Shown here in pieces: positions 9,967-17,687 of a stretch of DNA of 33,406 nt. The position numbers and the translations under genes were made by a program. This stretch comes from a virus (Duplodnaviria; Caudoviricetes), in IMG/VR virus record IMGVR_UViG_3300044513_002211, positions 1-33,406 of that record. One strand, given 5' to 3'. The notes under the pieces were generated by a model. It saw only the letters and a program-made list of their open reading frames with translations. It did not search any database and was not told the DNA's origin. How positions within the stretch are numbered: the first letter of the stretch is position 1; the number at the start of each line of letters is the position of its first letter.

Positions 9967-10273
9967 TACTAGGTAGTTTCATCTCAATATCTTTATTTAA
10001 TCTACTAGCGGCAGGCGCTAATGGTTTTGTAAAGATTAAATCATGTTTGTCGCTAAAGGTAAATCTTGTTCTGACATGAGTGTCATCTCCTTCAACAACA
10101 AGACTATAGTTCCATCCATATCCAGTTTTTGCCATAGAGATTCCGAGAATTTTTCTACCCTCGTATAAATCTCCAGTAATATAAGGACAAGTATCCATTG
10201 TCCCATCAAAACGTTCGTGGTTAATACTAGAATTTAGGTGTTCTAGTTTCCTTGCTTCACTCGACTTTGGCAT
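9956..10273 (-). CDS. Hypothetical protein (105 aa)
   Basis: Co-oriented ORF with a TAATG overlap to the upstream gene and an 11-nt overlap to the downstream gene. No motif recognised. Confidence 0.7.
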   Translation of the reverse strand: MPKSSEARKLEHLNSSINHERFDGTMDTCPYITGDLYEGRKILGISMAKTGYGWNYSLVVEGDDTHVRTRFTFSDKHDLIFTKPLAPAASRLNKDIEMKLPSNAV

Positions 10274-10866
10274 TAGTTAATCTCCAGAGTTGAAAGTGGA
10301 TCTGCTTCTCCAAAATTTCCATATGGAAATATATTAAAGGATATTGTATATCTCATACTATTTAATACATTCTTCGCAGTTTCATGTTGTAGATAACTTG
10401 GAAACAATAAAAGATCTCCTTGTTGTGGTCTGACAATAAAGTCATCAACATTATAAAAGTTCGGACACTTTATATCTGGTACAATTGTTTTTGGCACAGG
10501 GTTGAAAAATCTTATAGGCGCATAATCTATATCCTGTGGATAGTATGCTCCAGATATAAAACTGTTTGGATGATTATGTCTGTGTATGTTCTGATCGTTT
10601 TTGCACCCAGTTGCCCACATTGATGTTATCTTGGGACTTATATTTTTATACTGGAAAAAATCATCAAAACAAAATTTAACAGCATCTAAGAATTTTTCTC
10701 TCAGATGGATAAAGTTTTGATCCTTATGAAGATCAGTTTTTGACAGACAAAAACCATCCCTTTCGTTCAGAACACTTTCAATATTCTGAACTACTTTGGA
10801 ATGGTCGGTGTCAATCCCACAGACTACGAGTGTTTGTGGGAACATACTAAAAACTTTCTTGATCAT
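10273..10866 (-). CDS. Putative 2OG-Fe(II) oxygenase (TIGR02466 / 2OG-FeII_Oxy_5-like)
   Basis: HRHNHPNSFISGAYY, GDLLLFPSYLQHET and RYTISFNI. Confidence 0.88.
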   Translation of the reverse strand: MIKKVFSMFPQTLVVCGIDTDHSKVVQNIESVLNERDGFCLSKTDLHKDQNFIHLREKFLDAVKFCFDDFFQYKNISPKITSMWATGCKNDQNIHRHNHPNSFISGAYYPQDIDYAPIRFFNPVPKTIVPDIKCPNFYNVDDFIVRPQQGDLLLFPSYLQHETAKNVLNSMRYTISFNIFPYGNFGEADPLSTLEIN

Positions 10867-11045
10867 TCAGTTTCTACTTGTGCAGATTCTGTTTGCTTAA
10901 GGGTCATGTTCAGTGCTTCAATTGCTCCTTGAAGGCGGAGAACTTGATCTTTACGTGCTTTGAGTGCATCTTCAAGATCTGCAATAGCACCTTTTTGTTC
11001 TTTCAATTGTTCAGTGAAATCCTTCACCATTTCTTCTGTAGTCAT
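10863..11045 (-). CDS. Small coiled-coil protein (60 aa), possibly a fibre assembly chaperone
   Basis: Heptad pattern and LRLQGAIEAL motif; late promoter just upstream; ATGA overlap with the next gene. The function is inferred. Confidence 0.7.
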   Translation of the reverse strand: MTTEEMVKDFTEQLKEQKGAIADLEDALKARKDQVLRLQGAIEALNMTLKQTESAQVETE

Positions 11046-11066
11046 AGTTAAAAATAATAACTGGTT

Positions 11067-11074
11067 TATTTAGA
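11067..11074 (-). promoter_or_regulatory. Late promoter variant (TCTAAATA)
   Basis: Minus-strand CTAAATA overlapping the stop of the 212-aa ORF, about 22 nt upstream of the ATG at 11045. Confidence 0.6.
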
Positions 11075-11708
11075 AGTGTTCTTCACCTTCATCTCCATAG
11101 TCTAGCACAATATTGCCAGCAACGCTAACTCTGGGTTTGTCGCAATTTTTAAATGGATATACAACATGTTTCACCCATGCTGGGAACATCAACATAGTAC
11201 CTTCCATTGCTGGAGACACTGGGAAGAATCTAGTGTAATGAGAAAATGGATCTATAAATTCGGTAAATCCATGTTTTACTTTTCTTGGTTCCAAGTATGG
11301 TTCCGTCTGAAGTTGTTGCTCTATTGTGTATGGAACTTCCAAATATATGATAAAACTAAGAAGACCTGAATGTTGATGTAGCGGATTGTAAGATCCAGAA
11401 TACATCTCATTTCTCCAGAGATCAGCAATTTTTACTTGAGTTCCCCATGGAGTATTATCCCTGATCTGTCGAAAAACTGGTTGGTCACCACACTTCTCTA
11501 AAAATCTGTTACTAACATTAAGACAATGCTCTACAAATTTAGGACACTCAGTGGTATCTAATTTATACTCATCAGGAAATACTCCTACAAGCTTTTCAAC
11601 ATGAGTGGCACCTTTCTTTGCATTCTTAATCTCTTGGAATACATCTACTGGCAATTCATTAACGAGAAGGACTGGACCATCCCATGATACTTTTCCTCTA
11701 ATCATCAC
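11070..11708 (-). CDS. Putative 2OG-Fe(II) oxygenase
   Basis: YNPLHQHSGLLSFIIYL, EGTMLMFPAWVKHVVYPF and RVSVAGNI. The start is either GTG at 11708 or ATG at 11705. Confidence 0.85.
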   Translation of the reverse strand: MMIRGKVSWDGPVLLVNELPVDVFQEIKNAKKGATHVEKLVGVFPDEYKLDTTECPKFVEHCLNVSNRFLEKCGDQPVFRQIRDNTPWGTQVKIADLWRNEMYSGSYNPLHQHSGLLSFIIYLEVPYTIEQQLQTEPYLEPRKVKHGFTEFIDPFSHYTRFFPVSPAMEGTMLMFPAWVKHVVYPFKNCDKPRVSVAGNIVLDYGDEGEEHF

Positions 11709-12427
11709 GAAATAAGTTTATAGTTTGGTTTGATGTTTTGGTCTGGATGATCTTCCCATCCCTGTTCAGTTAGAACGTCCATTGCGATAGATATTCTTTC
11801 TTTTGAATGATTATGTACATCAGTCCAGTGAACTAAATGATTGGGAAACATAGTTAAATATCCCACTTCATTTGGGAATGCTTTAACTAATTGCTTGTTG
11901 TATGGGTTTCCATAATATGTCGATGTTTCATTAGCAGAGATACAAACATGACCACCTAAAAAACTATCTCGATATGATGAATGCCAGTGTGGATGAATTT
12001 GCTCGCCAACTCTCATGACATTTGCCCAAGACTGAGAATAGAGAATGCATTCTCTATGGTTATATGTTTTTTCTTCCTGACAAGTTATACATGGAACAAA
12101 CTCCCATTCTCCCTCGTCTTCCATATATGCACCTAGTCTTGCAGATGCAATATTAACGCGATCTCTAATTTTATTGACCCAAGGTTCATCCCATTCCCAA
12201 ACACTAAATTGAGAAAATTTAGCAGTTAAACTTTGAGGACCTAATCCAGTTCCGCCATCATTAGTAACATCTCTAAACTGCTCAATGATTTCTTTTTCTC
12301 TACGAAGAACTGATTGTACAATATCCTTACATTCATCTTCTTCAAATATTTTCTCATACCAAAATGGAATGTTCCATTGTGGTGCAAAGGGATTTCTTCT
12401 TTTTTCAGACTTCCATTCAATCAGCAT
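11705..12427 (-). CDS. Putative 2OG-Fe(II) oxygenase
   Basis: SWANVMRVGEQIHPHWH, FLGGHVCI, GYLTMFPNHLVHWT and RISIAMD. Confidence 0.85.
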   Translation of the reverse strand: MLIEWKSEKRRNPFAPQWNIPFWYEKIFEEDECKDIVQSVLRREKEIIEQFRDVTNDGGTGLGPQSLTAKFSQFSVWEWDEPWVNKIRDRVNIASARLGAYMEDEGEWEFVPCITCQEEKTYNHRECILYSQSWANVMRVGEQIHPHWHSSYRDSFLGGHVCISANETSTYYGNPYNKQLVKAFPNEVGYLTMFPNHLVHWTDVHNHSKERISIAMDVLTEQGWEDHPDQNIKPNYKLIS

Positions 12428-13052
12428 GATAAACGTTCCAACAAGCTAATCTAGATTCAGAGGATTGTGAGTTGCATGGTCCAACAGGAATTGCATTAAA
12501 ACTTATTGACCATCTAGAATACTCAGCGGTATGGGGCAAGGTTCCATGTTTCAACCAACTTGGAAAGATGAGAAGTTTTCCTGGTTCTGGAATCATTCCC
12601 CATCCTTCTGGAGTTTTATTGGGATCTACACTGTAGAGTTTGATTAAACCTTCTCTACGTTGATATACTGGATCTTCAAACATTGTAGGAGATCCCTCAG
12701 TCAAGTAGAAAATCCCACTGATATACGACATTGGGTGAGTGTGAACTCCATGTTTTCCTTGCTTAAATGCTGGAGAATAGTTTCCCCAACAAATAGAGAT
12801 ATCAAACCGTTCACACTCATATTCATAGAAGGTCCTATACTCTTCTAAGCAAGCATTGAAAAAATCTGTAACTTCTTTAAATCTCTCATCTTTATGGAGA
12901 GTGTGTTTAGTCTGCCAAACTCTTCCAGGATTATCTGGATTTAAATTAGCATTGATAAAAGATTCTTCTTCTAGGTCAGAAACGATTTTGTCAAAATCAA
13001 AAGAGGACCTCCAACTATGAACCATAGTTGGAAAAATCGGATGGAGTTCCAT
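12417..13052 (-). CDS. Putative 2OG-Fe(II) oxygenase (TIGR02466-like)
   Basis: IFPT N-terminus, HGVHTHPMSYISGIFYL, GKLLIFPSWLKHGT and RWSISFN. Confidence 0.88.
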   Translation of the reverse strand: MELHPIFPTMVHSWRSSFDFDKIVSDLEEESFINANLNPDNPGRVWQTKHTLHKDERFKEVTDFFNACLEEYRTFYEYECERFDISICWGNYSPAFKQGKHGVHTHPMSYISGIFYLTEGSPTMFEDPVYQRREGLIKLYSVDPNKTPEGWGMIPEPGKLLIFPSWLKHGTLPHTAEYSRWSISFNAIPVGPCNSQSSESRLACWNVYHAD

Positions 13053-13053
13053 A

Positions 13054-13794
13054 TTAATAAAGTAACGAAATTGTCATTCTTGGGGTTTCGATATACTTGC
13101 CCTTTTCCATAAATGCTGTATGGAAATTTGCCCCCTCATATAGATTCAATCTATTAAATTTGAATTCTGCTAGGTGATATCTAATGTATTTAGAGTTCTC
13201 TACAATGGGTTGATATACGTCCATATCATACCTTGGGGGAGTAAATCCATACCGCGCTTTTCTATATGAACAAGCACTGGGAAAGAATCCTTCTTCTCCA
13301 GTTTCTTTCAGTCTATAGAATGCAGTTCCAGTTTCTCCATCCAATTCATGATTATAGTTCAAACAAAAGTTTGCTGCAACTGCGCCGTCATCGCAATGTG
13401 GCCAGTTTGATTGTTTGTAGACTTTTCTATCGCCGTAGATCCTTTGGAAGGAGTAACTTACATACCTACCACTGTATCCAAATTCTTTTGCTACCAGATT
13501 TTTAATATATTCTTCAATGGAAAAAATTTGGTATGACAGATAAGTTTGATATCCTGGATAGAATCCTCCTTTAGAATTCCACTGACATGGTAGAGAAGAA
13601 GGGTTTGGAATAAACTGCTGAGGAATGCTCAGCATAAATTCTCTTACTTTTTCTGGATACTTTAAAACATTGTCAATAGTGAGGACTAGGTTTTTGTGAT
13701 TACCTACCTCTTGTCTAGTGACAAATAAATTTGAGTTTAGTTCAAATATACTATCGTCAAATTCAATTAATGTATCCTTCTGGTGTTGACTCAT
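13054..13794 (-). CDS. DUF6445-like putative Fe(II)/2OG oxygenase
   Basis: VLTIDNVLKYPEKVREF, YPG, PHCD, GTAFYR, FNRLNLYEGANFH and a terminal R. This gives an HxD...H triad. Confidence 0.72.
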   Translation of the reverse strand: MSQHQKDTLIEFDDSIFELNSNLFVTRQEVGNHKNLVLTIDNVLKYPEKVREFMLSIPQQFIPNPSSLPCQWNSKGGFYPGYQTYLSYQIFSIEEYIKNLVAKEFGYSGRYVSYSFQRIYGDRKVYKQSNWPHCDDGAVAANFCLNYNHELDGETGTAFYRLKETGEEGFFPSACSYRKARYGFTPPRYDMDVYQPIVENSKYIRYHLAEFKFNRLNLYEGANFHTAFMEKGKYIETPRMTISLLY

Positions 13795-14089
13795 CTGGAC
13801 TTAAACATACTTTCAAGTGACGCTTTAACTGCGCCTCAGTCATTATAGCAGACATCCCAAGTCTGTACCAGTTTCCTGTCGTCTCATTGACAGGAAGTCC
13901 ATTGGATTCTTCCAAGAATTCTTCCATTGCAAGTTGAGAAAACTCCCATTCTGGTATGTTAAATGAATTTACAGTGGAAGAAAGCCACTCTGCACATGCA
14001 GAACAATTACCATCTACAAGAAATGTAAGTCTTTTTTGTTGTGCAGTCCCCCAAGACTGTGCTTCAGAAAAACTAGTATGTGTAATCAT
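13763..14089 (-). CDS. Hypothetical protein with CxxC motif (possibly thioredoxin-like)
   Basis: LTFLVDGNCSACAEWL reads as strand-CxxC-helix. It has an ATGA overlap with the upstream gene. Confidence 0.6.
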   Translation of the reverse strand: MITHTSFSEAQSWGTAQQKRLTFLVDGNCSACAEWLSSTVNSFNIPEWEFSQLAMEEFLEESNGLPVNETTGNWYRLGMSAIMTEAQLKRHLKVCLSPDESTPEGYIN

Positions 14090-15222
14090 AATCCAATCTT
14101 AGTAACTTCTACTCGACCGTGGTTTGGTTGACCACCAACAGTGTTATTGCGGTTTGCTCCAGATGTTCCAACTGGATTTAATCCCCCATTATTAATAGAT
14201 CCACCACCCTGACCACCATGATAGCTGGTGTATTGGACTTCACATCCGCCACCATTCCATCCACCACCGCCACCTCCAGAGATGAAGCAGTTGCCGTGAC
14301 CACCACCGCCGCCACCAAATCCACCAAAGGAGTTGGCAGCATCATTTGCAGTTCCTCCCTGTGCCCCATCTAGATAAGATGCTCCCGCACGGGTTTCTGA
14401 CCAAGTTGGGTTTGGGGTGTAGCTTGCAAGTCCTGCGTAGAATCCACCACCAGGGTTTCCTCTGGCGGATCCTGAGAGGGATCTATCGCCAGCATATCCA
14501 CCAGATCCGCCACGACCACCAGCACCATTGGAAGCAATCTGAGAAGCATCACCATGCTTTCCGTCAGAACCTGTTCCAGTGTAGTTTGAAGCGTCTCCTC
14601 TTCCTTGAGAGTTGAAAGATTGATTACTTGCACCACCTCCGCCTGCAGCAATGACCAGAATATCACTTACTGAAGTTCCACCTTGCTTTACTACATAAGT
14701 ACCGCCACCGCCACCAGTGTCACAATCATTGGTACTCAAATATCCTGCGGAACCGCAAAGAATTTCTAGTGTTTCTCCTTGCTCTAAGAAGAAGTCTCCA
14801 CGAATGCGGGCACCACCACCGCCTACGCCAGTGGTATTTGTTCCTCCCTGTGCTCCGTATGCATCAAATCTCCACCAACCAGATGAAGGAACACTCCAAA
14901 TTTGCTTACCGCCATTCAGGGTAACTTGACCGTTTAACTGACTGTTATTGTATGCAGAACCAATAGAACCCGCAGCGGTTCTACTTGAGGTAGTAAACAG
15001 GGATACAAAGGTAGCACTAAAAGGACTTGCTACAGATCCAATTGGGTGCCACTGTGGCGTCGCCCCAGCATAGATTTCTAAAACACCGAGATCGGTATTG
15101 AATCTTAAATCTCCAACTCTGGGGTTGCCAGGGCGCTGAGCACTCGTTCCAACTGGGATCTTAATCGCTCCAGTTGTATTGAAGTTGGGATTGCCACCAA
15201 TATTTCCAGTGTTTAATGACAT
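14086..15222 (-). CDS. Short fibre/adhesin with glycine-rich (ALK/LTK GRD-like) domain
   Basis: N-terminal KIPVGTSAQRP..GDLRFNTDLGVLEIY; QIWSVPSSGWWRFDAYGAQGG, GGGGGTYV, LVIAAGGGG, GGFGGGGG and terminal HGRVEVT. Confidence 0.82.
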   Translation of the reverse strand: MSLNTGNIGGNPNFNTTGAIKIPVGTSAQRPGNPRVGDLRFNTDLGVLEIYAGATPQWHPIGSVASPFSATFVSLFTTSSRTAAGSIGSAYNNSQLNGQVTLNGGKQIWSVPSSGWWRFDAYGAQGGTNTTGVGGGGARIRGDFFLEQGETLEILCGSAGYLSTNDCDTGGGGGTYVVKQGGTSVSDILVIAAGGGGASNQSFNSQGRGDASNYTGTGSDGKHGDASQIASNGAGGRGGSGGYAGDRSLSGSARGNPGGGFYAGLASYTPNPTWSETRAGASYLDGAQGGTANDAANSFGGFGGGGGGHGNCFISGGGGGGWNGGGCEVQYTSYHGGQGGGSINNGGLNPVGTSGANRNNTVGGQPNHGRVEVTKIGL

Positions 15223-15244
15223 AGCTCTGTACTATTTCCTTTGT

Positions 15245-15252
15245 TATTTAGA
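15245..15252 (-). promoter_or_regulatory. Late promoter variant (TCTAAATA)
   Basis: Intergenic, followed by an AGGA RBS-like sequence and the ATG at 15222. Confidence 0.7.
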
Positions 15253-15253
15253 T

Positions 15254-15571
15254 TTAGAAACCGTCTTCTTTAGATCCTCTTTCGAGGAGTTCCCAAGCAT
15301 ACGATTCTGCAGAAGGTGGTTTGGGATACTTTTGTTTTACTGCAGAAACTTTTTGATTATATGAAGTCATTACAGTAGAATCTCCAAGAGACTGATGGTA
15401 TAAAGCATCTCCAAGATCACCTGCACTAGGATACTCAGATTTACGCAACTCATAACATTCAGTCACCAAACCTCTAATCACCATTTCTCTCTGAACTTCG
15501 GGGAGTTCGGAGAGTGTGCTTTCATATGCATCTGGATCTTCTTTCCAACGTAAGTAATTGCTAGTATCCAT
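15254..15571 (-). CDS. Small fibre-associated protein (putative assembly chaperone)
   Basis: RKSEYPSAGDLGDALYH..VKQKYPKP is a motif I recognise from small ORFs next to fibre genes in marine phages. The function is inferred. Confidence 0.7.
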   Translation of the reverse strand: MDTSNYLRWKEDPDAYESTLSELPEVQREMVIRGLVTECYELRKSEYPSAGDLGDALYHQSLGDSTVMTSYNQKVSAVKQKYPKPPSAESYAWELLERGSKEDGF

Positions 15572-15572
15572 T

Positions 15573-16484
15573 TTAGACCTCTACATATACGTTGGCATTC
15601 ATAATTCTATGAGCTTCTGCTGAATATTCATATCCACAAGCGGGATCGCAAGTAGATCCAGTAGACCAACCTTGGTATCCACCGTGCTGACTCCAAGTCC
15701 AACTGAATGATCTATTGCAGTTATTACCTGTTGCACCATTGGTATCGGTCCAAGAGGTATGATTTACTTGTGCGTTTTGTGCAGTTCCAGACCCGTTTGG
15801 ACCCCAGAATGCTGTATACTGAGTGCTATCGCAATAAGCACTAGATCCACTAGTGTAATAATGACTCCATCTAAAGTCATTGGATTGAGTACCAACAAAC
15901 AAATAAGAATCGTTAACGCAATGTCTATTTACAAGACATCTCATACCCAACCAGTTACCACCAATTAACTGCTGAACAAAATCTTGAGGGCAGTTTGCAA
16001 CTGGAGTATTTGTAGTCAAATAAGCAGATGTTAATTGACTTGTATTTTGTCCAGAACTTGGCCAATAATTCAAAGATTCTCTACCCCTCTGAATCAAAAC
16101 TAATCCCTTATTAGCACTTGCATATGTGAAATTAGTGTATAGTTGTAATGGATAATTAGTACCATTTGGTCTATACCAATAATCCCCATCTGTAGTAATA
16201 CCAGCTGCACTAAGTTCCGCTGCGTTAAGTGCGGGGTTTGCCTGAGATCCAAGATCTCCATATTCACTAACTACCATCCATCTAGCGCCAGTCCAAAACT
16301 TTACCGCTTTATTAGTTTCATCATACACAAGTTCCCCTGCATTTGCACTGGATGGAAGATTGGCTTGTGTATAGACTGGAAGTCTAAATCTATTATTGAC
16401 AATAACGGAACCATTACCATCAGTAGTGATCATGTTTTGACCACTGAGATTCTGAATAGTATCTAACTTAAGAATAGATGCCAT
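15573..16484 (-). CDS. Short fibre/adhesin with divergent fibrinogen/lectin-like domain
   Basis: MASILKLDTIQ start, RLPVYTQANLPSSANAGELVYD motif, and DGDYWYRPNG..LVLIQRG (FReD N-subdomain-like). The C-terminus is Cys/Trp-rich. Confidence 0.72.
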   Translation of the reverse strand: MASILKLDTIQNLSGQNMITTDGNGSVIVNNRFRLPVYTQANLPSSANAGELVYDETNKAVKFWTGARWMVVSEYGDLGSQANPALNAAELSAAGITTDGDYWYRPNGTNYPLQLYTNFTYASANKGLVLIQRGRESLNYWPSSGQNTSQLTSAYLTTNTPVANCPQDFVQQLIGGNWLGMRCLVNRHCVNDSYLFVGTQSNDFRWSHYYTSGSSAYCDSTQYTAFWGPNGSGTAQNAQVNHTSWTDTNGATGNNCNRSFSWTWSQHGGYQGWSTGSTCDPACGYEYSAEAHRIMNANVYVEV

Positions 16485-16485
16485 G

Positions 16486-16734
16486 TTATACTGTCTCCTC
16501 CGTTACTGTAATAGCAGATACCTCAATATCATGCATATCTGCTTGCATTCTTAAAACATCATCTAGAAATTCCTGAAAGTCAGATTCATCTAAACTGTTA
16601 TCTTCAGGTTCGCACATCTTTTTCCAAATAAAATTGTGAAGGAAGTTTCCCTCATCGTCATAAAATTTCATGACAAACTTATAGTTGCCGTCACTATCCG
16701 TAGCAGTTTTATTTTTTCTAATTACACATCTCAT
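16486..16734 (-). CDS. Small acidic hypothetical protein (82 aa)
   Basis: Fills the gap between two fibre genes exactly and has an ATGA overlap with the upstream gene. Confidence 0.68.
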   Translation of the reverse strand: MRCVIRKNKTATDSDGNYKFVMKFYDDEGNFLHNFIWKKMCEPEDNSLDESDFQEFLDDVLRMQADMHDIEVSAITVTEETV

Positions 16735-17678
16735 TTTACGTACAGTGCTCCATAGTTATGATTGTCACCGCCCGATGAATACCAATGGAATGCATCAGCG
16801 TGCGTACCACTTCCACCACCACCCCAAGGGTTACCAGACCAACATGCGTTATACCACCAAGGATTTCCATTGTATAAGTTTGCACAGTTAGATCCGTATG
16901 TATCTTGGTCTACATCAGTTGCTGTGAAGTTATATGCGGGACTAGTCCAATAATCATATTGACCAGAACCTGGAGTTCCTAATTCAATAACTTCTCCAGA
17001 TGCACCAACAGGAGCATATGCTGAGGTCCATCCACCATTCCAATCCCAGTATTGTCTCTTTGTGTGTAAGTTAGTCTGCCCCAACTCACATGCTGTAGTT
17101 GCAACAAACTGAGCAACTTGACCTGTTCCTGGATTGTTCGTAATAATGTCACTCCAAACAGGAAGACCCATTAACAAATTAAATGCTGACAGAGATTTGC
17201 CAAATCCATATTCTCCTCTATAGTTTGGTTGATATGCAGTGGAATTTGCGTATGTAAGACCCGAGACACTATTAGTATCTCTGCGATTTTGCAAAACTAA
17301 TACCCATCCACCACCACGATACGCAGTGTCAATCCAAACTTCCATTGGAGAACCATTAACAGTTAACCAATACCACCCAGTAGGAGCAGATGGATTGATT
17401 GTTAAAAGTTCAGTAGAACTTGCAAGAGGGGCATCTGCAGTAAGTCCAGTTGCAGCATTTGCAATACCGACCCAAGAATCTCTAATCCATGCTTCTAGAC
17501 GATTTAGAGTTGTATTATAGAACAACTCTCCAGACGCAGGGGAACTTGGACGGTTTCCTGTGCTCCCCTGAGGAATTTTTAATCTCCCATCCACCTGAAA
17601 GGTATGACCAGAGGGGACCCTAACCGTATTGCTATACGTTGAGAAACCCTGAATATCGTGTACCGAAATAGTGCTCAT
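16731..17678 (-). CDS. Short fibre/adhesin with fibrinogen C-terminal (FReD) domain
   Basis: TGWYWL..EVWIDTAYRGGGWVLVLQNRRD and FTATDVDQD..NCA..PWWYNACWSGN match fibrinogen-related domain motifs. N-terminal KIPQGSTGNRP..GELFYNTT. Confidence 0.85.
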   Translation of the reverse strand: MSTISVHDIQGFSTYSNTVRVPSGHTFQVDGRLKIPQGSTGNRPSSPASGELFYNTTLNRLEAWIRDSWVGIANAATGLTADAPLASSTELLTINPSAPTGWYWLTVNGSPMEVWIDTAYRGGGWVLVLQNRRDTNSVSGLTYANSTAYQPNYRGEYGFGKSLSAFNLLMGLPVWSDIITNNPGTGQVAQFVATTACELGQTNLHTKRQYWDWNGGWTSAYAPVGASGEVIELGTPGSGQYDYWTSPAYNFTATDVDQDTYGSNCANLYNGNPWWYNACWSGNPWGGGGSGTHADAFHWYSSGGDNHNYGALYVK

Positions 17679-17687
17679 GGATTTAAA

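Noticed and set aside
14086-17678. Diversity-generating retroelement or invertible (shufflon) system acting on the adhesins
   Set aside because: No reverse transcriptase, recombinase, template/variable repeat pair or inverted cassette was seen. All genes are co-oriented.
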